The notes beneath the pieces are model-generated. The model had not been told where the DNA came from, searched no databases, and worked only from the letters and a program-made list of their open reading frames with translations. A program made the translations under genes and the position numbers. 64,000 nt of DNA from Candidatus Latescibacterota bacterium. Its GTDB lineage: Bacteria; Latescibacterota; UBA2968; UBA8231. Location of the stretch: positions 768,001-832,000 of the forward strand of contig OZ220090.1 of assembly GCA_964291625.2 (NCBI GenBank), in the 5' to 3' direction. Of this stretch, positions 1-7,244 are shown piece by piece (positions within the stretch are counted from its first letter, which is position 1; every line of letters starts with the position of its first letter).

Positions 1-8
1 GCGCTCAA
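1..8 (-). CDS. rpoB: Probable 5' end of the next gene, expected to be RNA polymerase beta subunit (runs off window)
   Basis: Minus strand AGAAGGAG-tgcaggcc-TTG AGC GC. Identity rests only on conserved rplL-rpoB synteny. Confidence 0.45.
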
Positions 9-33
9 GGCCTGCACTCCTTCTTGGGCCGAT

Positions 34-59
34 GCGGCAGGGCGGTCAGCCCCTGCCGC
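34..59. promoter_or_regulatory. GC-rich hairpin in the rplL-rpoB intergenic leader
   Basis: Inverted repeat GCGGCAGGG-N8-CCCTGCCGC just upstream of the RBS; a second hairpin CCGCCT..AGGCGG lies near 85-101. Confidence 0.45.
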
Positions 60-227
60 GATCCATGGGCAAGCTGACGAACCCCCGCCTATGACAGGCG
101 GCGGACCTCAACTGACGCTTCAGGCGGTGAGAATCGAATGGGAATCGAGCATGGACCTGCCGGACAGGCACCCGTGGGCCCTGAAGGCCGACAGGCCCGC
201 CGGAAGGAAGCCGTGGAGAATCCGCCG

Positions 228-638
228 TCACTTGATCTCGACAGTGGCTCCCACCTCGGTCAGTTTGGCCTGGACTTCCTCCGCCTCCTGCCTGGGCACC
301 GCTTCCTTTACCGGCTTGGGCGCCTCGTCGACCAGGGCCTTGGCCTCTTTCAGGCCGAGACTCGTGATCTCGCGAACCACCTTGATCACCTGAATCTTCT
401 TGTCGCCGGCACTCGTGAGGACGACATCGAACTCGTCCTTCTCCTCCACCGCCTCGCCACCCTCCGCGCCTGCGGGCATCGCCCCGGCCATCATGACCGG
501 AGCCGCGGCGGAGACACCGAACTTGTCCTCCAGCGCCTTGACCAACTCAGCCAACTCAAGCACGGTCAGGCCTCCGATGGTCTCGATGATCTCCCCAACC
601 TTGGGGCTCACGCTGACTTCCTGTCCTTCCTCGCTCAT
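228..638 (-). CDS. rplL: 50S ribosomal protein L7/L12
   Basis: [47 protein letters not shown]; ATG at 638 with GGAGG upstream. Confidence 0.98.
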   Translation of the reverse strand: MSEEGQEVSVSPKVGEIIETIGGLTVLELAELVKALEDKFGVSAAAPVMMAGAMPAGAEGGEAVEEKDEFDVVLTSAGDKKIQVIKVVREITSLGLKEAKALVDEAPKPVKEAVPRQEAEEVQAKLTEVGATVEIK

Positions 639-693
639 CGCTTTCCTGTCCTCCGCTTTGTGTGTGCTCGTCCTTCTGGAATCGATCGGGTAC

Positions 694-1242
694 TCACGCT
701 TCGGAATCACCCTCGCCGGCGTCGACCTCCCCCTGCTGATCAGCGATGGCCGACAGGGTTCCCACCAGACCTCGGAGCAACCCGTTGAGCACAGCCGACA
801 GGCCGTACAGGGGGGCCTGGACAGAGCCGACCACCTGGCCGATCAACTCCTCCCGCGAGGGCAGCTTGGCCAGTTGGGCCACGGCCTCGGCCGTCAGGAT
901 CTGACCGTCCACCAAGCCCGTCTTTATCGCCAGCTTGCCGCCGCTGTCGATGAACTCCTGCAGGATCTTGGCCGGAGCCACGGGATCGTCCTGAACGAAG
1001 GCCATGGCCGTGGGGCCTTCGAGGTACTGCTCCAACCCCTGCAGGCCGGCATCGCTGGCAGCCCGCTTGGCGAGGCGGTTCTTCACCACCTGGTACTCCA
1101 CCCCCGCCCCGCGCAGGGACCGGCGCAGACGGGTCACGGAGTCCACGTCGAGGCCATGGAAGTCGGCGAGGAAGATGGCATCGGCCTCGGCCATCTTCCT
1201 TGCCAGGAGGCTGACCGCTTCGGTCTTTTCCACAGTCGGCAT
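694..1242 (-). CDS. rplJ: 50S ribosomal protein L10
   Basis: [39 protein letters not shown]; synteny. Confidence 0.97.
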   Translation of the reverse strand: MPTVEKTEAVSLLARKMAEADAIFLADFHGLDVDSVTRLRRSLRGAGVEYQVVKNRLAKRAASDAGLQGLEQYLEGPTAMAFVQDDPVAPAKILQEFIDSGGKLAIKTGLVDGQILTAEAVAQLAKLPSREELIGQVVGSVQAPLYGLSAVLNGLLRGLVGTLSAIADQQGEVDAGEGDSEA

Positions 1243-1243
1243 G

Positions 1244-1945
1244 TCAGGCCGCCAGAGCCGCAGGGTCGATGCGGATGCCGGGCCCCATCGTCGAAGACAA
1301 CACGGCCTTCCGGATGAACTGGCCCTTGGCCGACGATGGCCGGGCCCGCAGGATGGCATCGGAGAAGGCGCGGGCGTTCTCCAGGAGAGCGGTATCCTCG
1401 AAGGAAACCTTGCCAATGGGGGCTTGGGCGTTGTTTCCGGACTTGCTGTCGGCACGGAACTCGACTCGCCCCGCCTTGGCCTCGGCGACGGCCTGGGAGA
1501 TCTCGCGCGTCACTGTCCCGGTCTTCGGATTGGGCATCATCCCCCGGGGGCCCAGAATCCTGCCGAGCCGGCCCACCTGGCCCATCATGTCGGGAGAAGC
1601 GATGACGAGATCGAAGTCGAGCCATCCCTTCTGGATCTGCTCGATGAGGTCGGCACCCCCCACGTGATCGGCCCCGGCCTCCTCTGCCTGCGCGGCCAGC
1701 TCTCCTTGGGTGATGACCACCACCCGGATCTCCTTCCCCGTGCCATGAGGCAGCATGACTGTCCCGCGAAGGGCCTGCTCCGCCTGGCGTCCGTCGATGC
1801 CCAGATGGAAACCGAGTTCCACGGTTTCGTCGTACTTCCGTTGCGGGAAGGACTTCAACAGGCTCACGGCCTGTTCGAGAGAGAGAGGCTCGGCCCTGTC
1901 GTACTTCTCGAGCGATTCCCGGAACTTGCGGCTTTTCCTGCCCAT
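1244..1945 (-). CDS. rplA: 50S ribosomal protein L1
   Basis: [39 protein letters not shown]. Confidence 0.98.
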   Translation of the reverse strand: MGRKSRKFRESLEKYDRAEPLSLEQAVSLLKSFPQRKYDETVELGFHLGIDGRQAEQALRGTVMLPHGTGKEIRVVVITQGELAAQAEEAGADHVGGADLIEQIQKGWLDFDLVIASPDMMGQVGRLGRILGPRGMMPNPKTGTVTREISQAVAEAKAGRVEFRADSKSGNNAQAPIGKVSFEDTALLENARAFSDAILRARPSSAKGQFIRKAVLSSTMGPGIRIDPAALAA

Positions 1946-1964
1946 GTGACCTCCTTGCAGTCGC

Positions 1965-2390
1965 TCAGGCTTCGACGATGAGCCCCATGCTGCGCGCGGT
2001 TCCGGCGATCATGAGGGCCGCAGCCTCCACGTCGTTGGCGTTGAGGTCCTCCATCTTGACCTCGGCGATCTCGCGCAACTGGGCCTGCGTCACTGTACCC
2101 ACCTTGTCGCGGTTCGGCACTCCCGAGCCCTTGTCGATCCCCGCCGCCCGCTTCAGCAGCGTCGAGGCAGGCGGGGTCTTGGTGATGAAGCTGAAGCTGC
2201 GGTCGGCGAAGACGGTGATGACCACCGGAATGAGCAACCCCTGCTTGTCCTGGGTCTGGGCATTGAAGGCCTTGCAGAACTCCATGATATTGACGCCGTG
2301 CTGCCCCAGGGCCGGGCCGACAGGGGGCGTGGGGTTCGCGGAACCCGCGGGAATCTGCAGCTTGATCTGGGCCAGTTCTTTCTTCGCCAT
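1965..2390 (-). CDS. rplK: 50S ribosomal protein L11
   Basis: [36 protein letters not shown]. Confidence 0.98.
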   Translation of the reverse strand: MAKKELAQIKLQIPAGSANPTPPVGPALGQHGVNIMEFCKAFNAQTQDKQGLLIPVVITVFADRSFSFITKTPPASTLLKRAAGIDKGSGVPNRDKVGTVTQAQLREIAEVKMEDLNANDVEAAALMIAGTARSMGLIVEA

Positions 2391-2409
2391 CGATTCGTTC
2401 CGTCTTCCG

Positions 2410-2958
2410 TCAGGTGGCCACGCTCTCGTCGACCGCCTCCACCTGGAGCACGTCGAGCTCGACCGGGGTCCCACGGCCGAAGATGCTGACCACGATCTTC
2501 AGCCTTCTCTTTTCGGGGATCACCTCCTGCACCGTGCCGATGAAGTCCTTGAAGGCGCCATCGACGACTTTCACCTGGTCACCGGCCACGTAGGGGATCT
2601 CCTCGACTTCCTGAGCTTTCCGCCGGTCGGCGTGACCCAGAATGTGGTCGACCTCCTCCTGGGTCAGGGGCTGCGGCTTGCGGGCCGGGCCGACGAAGTT
2701 GGTGACTCCGGGGACGTTGGTCACCAGGTGCCAGGCGTCCTTGCTCATCTCCATCTCCACCAGGACGTAACTGGGGAGAAAACGCCTCTTGGAGATCGTC
2801 TTCTTGCCGCCCCGCATCTCCACCACCTCCTCCGTCGGCACGACGACCTTGGCGATGGCGCCTTCGGCGGCGCCCTGCTGGATCAGGGTCTCGAGGTAGG
2901 TCTTGACCTTGTTCTCGTGTCCAGAATAGGTATGAAGCGCGTACCACTGTTCGGCCAT
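2410..2958 (-). CDS. nusG: Transcription termination/antitermination factor NusG
   Basis: [15 protein letters not shown]-terminus, KOW domain, [12 protein letters not shown]. Confidence 0.98.
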   Translation of the reverse strand: MAEQWYALHTYSGHENKVKTYLETLIQQGAAEGAIAKVVVPTEEVVEMRGGKKTISKRRFLPSYVLVEMEMSKDAWHLVTNVPGVTNFVGPARKPQPLTQEEVDHILGHADRRKAQEVEEIPYVAGDQVKVVDGAFKDFIGTVQEVIPEKRRLKIVVSIFGRGTPVELDVLQVEAVDESVAT

Positions 2959-2985
2959 GCTGCGACCTTCCGCTTTTCTCTATCC

Positions 2986-3174
2986 CTACAGGACTATGAG
3001 GATGGACCGGATGTAGGAAAGAACGAGGTCGAAGAGGCCGACGAAGATCGCGAAGACGATGGAGAATACAATGACTACCGTCGTGGAATTCACCAATTCC
3101 TCTCGGGTAGGCCAGATGACCCTGGCGAACTCGCCACGCACCTCGCTCAGAAAGCCTGTCAGCTTGTCGAACAT
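2986..3174 (-). CDS. secE: Preprotein translocase subunit SecE
   Basis: EVRGEFARVIWPTREE plus one TM helix; lies between tRNA-Trp and nusG. Confidence 0.95.
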   Translation of the reverse strand: MFDKLTGFLSEVRGEFARVIWPTREELVNSTTVVIVFSIVFAIFVGLFDLVLSYIRSILIVL

Positions 3175-3225
3175 CCAGAGTCGGGACTCCTGTGTGGTCC
3201 CCGCATTCCCCCCCGCTGATGATCT

Positions 3226-3302
3226 TGGCAGGCCCGGCAGGACTTGAACCTGCAACCGCCGGTTTTGGAGACCGGTGCTCTACCAAATTGAGCTACAGGC
3301 CT
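3226..3302 (-). tRNA. tRNA-Trp(CCA)
   Basis: AGGCCTG acceptor stem, CTCCAAA anticodon loop, GTTCAAGTC T-loop, encoded CCA end. Confidence 0.97.
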
Positions 3303-3453
3303 ACCGCGTCTCCCGGTGCAAGGTCTGCCGTCCGCAGTGGGCACAGTACTTCCGGTACTCGACCCGATCCGGATGGGCCCGGCGGTTCTTCGTAGCCGAG
3401 TAGTTGCGACGGCTACACACCTCGCACTCGAGTGTGATGCGATGCCTTGGCAT
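3301..3453 (-). CDS. rpmG: 50S ribosomal protein L33 (Zn-binding C+ type)
   Basis: [13 protein letters not shown]...KYCAHC..TLHRETR. Confidence 0.96.
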   Translation of the reverse strand: MPRHRITLECEVCSRRNYSATKNRRAHPDRVEYRKYCAHCGRQTLHRETR

Positions 3454-3516
3454 CTCGTGGCCGCGCCACCGGCCGGGCGCCGGCACGCCCCCCGGCCCCA
3501 AGCCTACCCCTGTTGC

Positions 3517-3592
<76 letters not shown>

Positions 3593-3619
3593 TCGCATGG
3601 CTGACGTGGTGGCGGGAAA

Positions 3620-3696
3620 TGGAGCGGGAAACGGGACTCGAACCCGCGACATCGAGCTTGGAAGGCTCGCGCTCTAGCCAACTGAGCTACTCCCGC
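3620..3696 (-). tRNA. tRNA-Gly(TCC)
   Basis: GCGGGAG..CTTCCAA anticodon loop..GTTCGAGTC..TTCCCGCTCCA. Confidence 0.97.
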
Positions 3697-3767
3697 CCTC
3701 CATCTGCCCGCCGCCGAGCACCAAGACTCCGGCTGCCGGCAGGATGCCCGCCGGATACAGACCTTAG

Positions 3768-3796
3768 AAAATACAGCTGGTTTGGATAGGTGTCAA
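3768..3796 (-). promoter_or_regulatory. sigma70-type promoter for the tRNA/rpmG/secE/nusG cluster
   Basis: TTGACA-17 nt-TATTTT on the minus strand. Confidence 0.75.
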
Positions 3797-3815
3797 CCCT
3801 TACCGGAGATCGATT

Positions 3816-4319
3816 TCAGGCTCCCCGGGGGCCTTGGAGGGCGCCCAAGTCCCGGGTGATCCTGACGATCCTGTAGCGGAGGACCCCAGCCGGCACCTTG
3901 ATTTCCACCTCCTCGCCCTCTTCCCTGCCCAGCAGGCCCCTGCCGATGGGAGATACGGTCGAGATCTTGCCCTGCTCGAAATCCGCCTCCTCCGGGGATA
4001 CGAGCGTATAGGTGAGCTCCCCACCCTTCCCCAGATCCGCCAACTGCACGGTAGCGCCGATGTAGACCTTGTCATCGGGGATGTCCTCGGCCTCGATCAG
4101 CCGCGCCCTGCTGAGGGTTTCCTCGAGCCGGCCGATCCGCTGCTCAAGGAACATCAGTCTCTCCTTGGCGGCCGAGTACTCCGCATTCTCGGAAAGATCC
4201 CCGAACTCACGGGCCCGCTGAAGAGCCTGACGTACCTTGGGACGCTCGTCCGTTCGGAGCTGCATCAACTCGTCCTTGAGCTTCTGCAGGCCCTCTCGCG
4301 ACAGATATACCTCGGTCAT
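3816..4319 (-). CDS. greA: Transcription elongation factor GreA
   Basis: AREFGDLSENAEYSAAK, ISTVSPIGRGLLG. Confidence 0.97.
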   Translation of the reverse strand: MTEVYLSREGLQKLKDELMQLRTDERPKVRQALQRAREFGDLSENAEYSAAKERLMFLEQRIGRLEETLSRARLIEAEDIPDDKVYIGATVQLADLGKGGELTYTLVSPEEADFEQGKISTVSPIGRGLLGREEGEEVEIKVPAGVLRYRIVRITRDLGALQGPRGA

Positions 4320-4368
4320 GGCAATAGCTGGCTCCTGATGCCCCCTGAAACGCCCGTCACTGCAGGGA

Positions 4369-4418
4369 GAAACAAAAAGCGGAAGCTTGGCTCCCATTCC
4401 TGAGGGGGCCGCTTCCGC
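4369..4418 (-). terminator. Intrinsic terminator/attenuator in the greA 5' leader
   Basis: GCGGAAGC...GCTTCCGC stem followed by TTTTTGTTT, between promoter and greA start. Confidence 0.75.
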
Positions 4419-4448
4419 ATTCGGGCAACCTTCGATGTTGACTCAACT

Positions 4449-4477
4449 AATATAGATGACGGAAACCCCGGTGGCAA
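4449..4477 (-). promoter_or_regulatory. sigma70-type promoter of greA
   Basis: TTGCCA-17 nt-TATATT. Confidence 0.65.
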
Positions 4478-4628
4478 GGTGAGGGCGCCCCATGGGACCC
4501 GCTTGACCGGCCTCTGACAGCGCGTGTGGGATCCGGCCGCCACTTGCCGGCCCCGGCCTCTCGCCCCCCTCGGAGGCACTGAGCAATCTCCTTGCCCTCA
4601 TCCTGAAAGGGCGCTTAGGTTCGGATTC

Positions 4629-5600
4629 GTGGCAGCGAACTCAAGCCTCGCAGATCCGTACGCCGCCGTTGCGCGCAGCTCGGCTCTCCTCGACGCCTCC
4701 GGCCGGGGGCGCATCCTGTTCACGGGCCCCGACCACCTCGACTTCCTACACCGGATGTCGACCAACGGAATCGCCGGGAGCGCCGTCGGCCGAGGACTGG
4801 AGACGGTATTCTGCGACTCCCGTGGGCGGATCTTTCAGGTCGCCGACCTGAGCCGCACCGCCGAGGAAGAGACCACCGCATTCGTCGAGGATGCCCCGGC
4901 GCTCCTCGCCTGGCTCGAGCGCTACCGGTTCTCCGAGCGCATGGAGTGGGCGGACATCACCGGGGCTACCGGGCAGATCGAGCTGCTCGGACCCGCCGCG
5001 GCCGAGGCTTCTCGATCGGCGCTCGGTGCGGTCCCCGGGGAGTCCGCTGCCACCCTTCCCCCCGGCGGCCTGTGGGGGATACGGCGCCGCATGGGCGGTC
5101 GGTCCACCCTCCGCCTGTGGGGGCCGCGCTCCGAGATCGAGGAATGCCGCCGCCTGCTGGCCACGGAGGCGGCCGAACTGGACGCCGGTACCTGGGAGAT
5201 TCTGCGAGTCGAGTGGGGTCTTCCCGCGGCCGGTCGCGAACTCACCCTGGACCACAATCCCTGGGAGGCGGGTCTGGGAGACGCCGTGCACCTGGACAAG
5301 GGGTGCTACATCGGACAGGAGGTCGTCGCCCGCCTGGATACCTATCGGAAGGTGAAGCAGCAGCTGGTGGGTCTGCGCCCCGACCGGGAGATCCGGTCCG
5401 GCGCCCAGCTGGAGGCCGGGGGCAGGCCCGCGGGCCTGGTGACCAGCAGCGTCTCCTCACCCAGGCTCGGGCCACTCGCCCTGGCCTACGTGCGTACCCC
5501 ACACTGCCGGCCCGGAACGATCCTGTCCGTCGATGGCACCGAGGCCGCAGTCAGTGCCCTCCCTTTCGACCCGGACCGGCGGGACGGGACGGGACGGTGA
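4629..5600 (+). CDS. ygfZ: Folate-binding protein YgfZ / GcvT-family
   Basis: KGCYIGQE signature and GcvT-like N-terminus; GTG start at 4629 inferred. Confidence 0.88.
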   Translation: MAANSSLADPYAAVARSSALLDASGRGRILFTGPDHLDFLHRMSTNGIAGSAVGRGLETVFCDSRGRIFQVADLSRTAEEETTAFVEDAPALLAWLERYRFSERMEWADITGATGQIELLGPAAAEASRSALGAVPGESAATLPPGGLWGIRRRMGGRSTLRLWGPRSEIEECRRLLATEAAELDAGTWEILRVEWGLPAAGRELTLDHNPWEAGLGDAVHLDKGCYIGQEVVARLDTYRKVKQQLVGLRPDREIRSGAQLEAGGRPAGLVTSSVSSPRLGPLALAYVRTPHCRPGTILSVDGTEAAVSALPFDPDRRDGTGR

Positions 5601-6697
5601 GCGGCGGCCGCAAGATCATCCACATCGACATGGACGCGTTCTACGCCTCCGTGGAGCAACGGGACGATCCGAGCCTCCGGGGACGGCCCGTCGTAGTCGG
5701 CGGCAATCCGGAGGGGCGAGGCGTGGTCGCCGCAGCCTCGTACGAGGCCCGTGCCTTCGGGGTACGCTCGGCCATGCCGATGCGAAGGGCACTGCGGCTG
5801 TGCCCCGAGGCGGTCCGGACCGCCCCTGACTTCGGCCGCTACCGGGAGGTCTCCCGGCAGATCCGGGAGATCTTCCACCATCACACTGACCTGGTCGAGC
5901 CGCTCGCCCTCGACGAGGCCTATCTGGACGTCACCCGCAACAAACTCGGAATCCCTTTCGGCCACCGCGTGGCTCGCACGATCAAGGCCGAGATCCGCGA
6001 CCGGCTCCGACTTACTGCCTCGGCGGGTGTCGCACCCTGCAAGTTCGTCGCCAAGATCGCCTCTGACCTCGAAAAACCCGATGGACTGGTCACCGTCATG
6101 CCCCATCAGGTACGGGAGTTTCTCCATCCCCTGACTGTTGCCCGGATCCCGGGTGTCGGAGATGTGACTCGACAGCAGCTGAAATCCCTGGGCTACGAGA
6201 CCATCGGACAACTGGCACGGGCGGACCCTCTCCGGCTGGAAGCGCGCTTCGGCAAGCGCGGCCGATACCTGCACCAGCGGGCCCTGGGTATCGACGATGA
6301 TCCTGTGACGACCGAGAGAGAGCCGAAGCAGCTGAGCTCCGAGTCGACCTTCCCCGCCGATCTCTCCGATCCGGAGGAGATGCGCGGCGCCCTGCGGACC
6401 CTCGCGAAAGAGGTGGCCAGCCGGCTGCGGCGACGGGGGCTTGCGGGCCGGACGGTGATGCTCAAGGTTCGCTACCCCGACTTCGAGACCGTGACCCGGG
6501 CACAGACGGGAAGCCTGCCTCTGGACCGCGCCGAGACGATGCTGAGGATCGCCGTCGACCTGCTGAGCCGCACCGATGCGGAGCGAAAGGGGGTCCGGCT
6601 TCTGGGGATCGGCCTCTCTCACTTCGGCGACAGCGAGACTCCGGGGACGGCGGGGCAGTTGGACCTGTTCGTCGCGGACGAGTCTTCCGATGCTTGA
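5597..6697 (+). CDS. dinB: DNA polymerase IV
   Basis: IIHIDMDAFYASVEQRD, AASYEAR, LDEAYLD, KPDG; GTGA overlap with the ygfZ stop. Confidence 0.96.
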   Translation: MSGGRKIIHIDMDAFYASVEQRDDPSLRGRPVVVGGNPEGRGVVAAASYEARAFGVRSAMPMRRALRLCPEAVRTAPDFGRYREVSRQIREIFHHHTDLVEPLALDEAYLDVTRNKLGIPFGHRVARTIKAEIRDRLRLTASAGVAPCKFVAKIASDLEKPDGLVTVMPHQVREFLHPLTVARIPGVGDVTRQQLKSLGYETIGQLARADPLRLEARFGKRGRYLHQRALGIDDDPVTTEREPKQLSSESTFPADLSDPEEMRGALRTLAKEVASRLRRRGLAGRTVMLKVRYPDFETVTRAQTGSLPLDRAETMLRIAVDLLSRTDAERKGVRLLGIGLSHFGDSETPGTAGQLDLFVADESSDA

Positions 6698-6707
6698 GTC
6701 GAAGCCC

Positions 6708-7229
6708 CTACTCGTGGAGGCCAGGCTGGTAAAGGCCAACGCTGTAGAACTCGTACGACGCCGCCTTGTCGGGGAAGTCGACGACGTGGACGGTGAATCT
6801 GGAGGGGACCCCGGTGTGGGCCATGTGATCGCGGAAGAAGCCGCTGTAGGCCTCGGCATACGCCTTGTAGAGGCGCTGCTGCTCGGCCAGGTACCCCTCC
6901 GGATCGAGGCGGGGATCGGGGGCCTTCGGCTGTGAGGCGAAGGCGTGAACCTCCACGAAGTCGATGCGCGCTATGGAGTCGCAGATCCCGGCCTGCTGCA
7001 GCCACTTCTCCCAGCAACGGAAGACCAGCTCCACCTCGATCGAAGGCTCCATGGTGACCAGCTCGTCCCGCTCGAGGATCCCGCGGGCGGAGTGCCCCCC
7101 GGTCAGACCGGCGAAGTAGATCCTCAGGTCCCCTCCGTCGAGCTTCTCGGTGACGAGTGCCGAGAGGGTGGGATGATCCCCACCATAATAGTAGGTGAGG
7201 CGACCTCGCTCCTTGACGTTGAAAGCCAT
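6708..7229 (-). CDS. Hypothetical protein, probable divergent RidA/YjgF-fold
   Basis: Good RBS (GGAGGAAGGAG); pattern IYFAG..WLQQAG..YSGFF..PSRFTVHV..P..YEF resembles the Rid fold. Confidence 0.55.
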   Translation of the reverse strand: MAFNVKERGRLTYYYGGDHPTLSALVTEKLDGGDLRIYFAGLTGGHSARGILERDELVTMEPSIEVELVFRCWEKWLQQAGICDSIARIDFVEVHAFASQPKAPDPRLDPEGYLAEQQRLYKAYAEAYSGFFRDHMAHTGVPSRFTVHVVDFPDKAASYEFYSVGLYQPGLHE

Positions 7230-7244
7230 CTCCTTCCTCCTTTC

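Noticed and set aside
5581-5597. GGGAC x3 tandem repeat at the ygfZ/dinB junction
   Set aside because: Too short, and both frames are intact.
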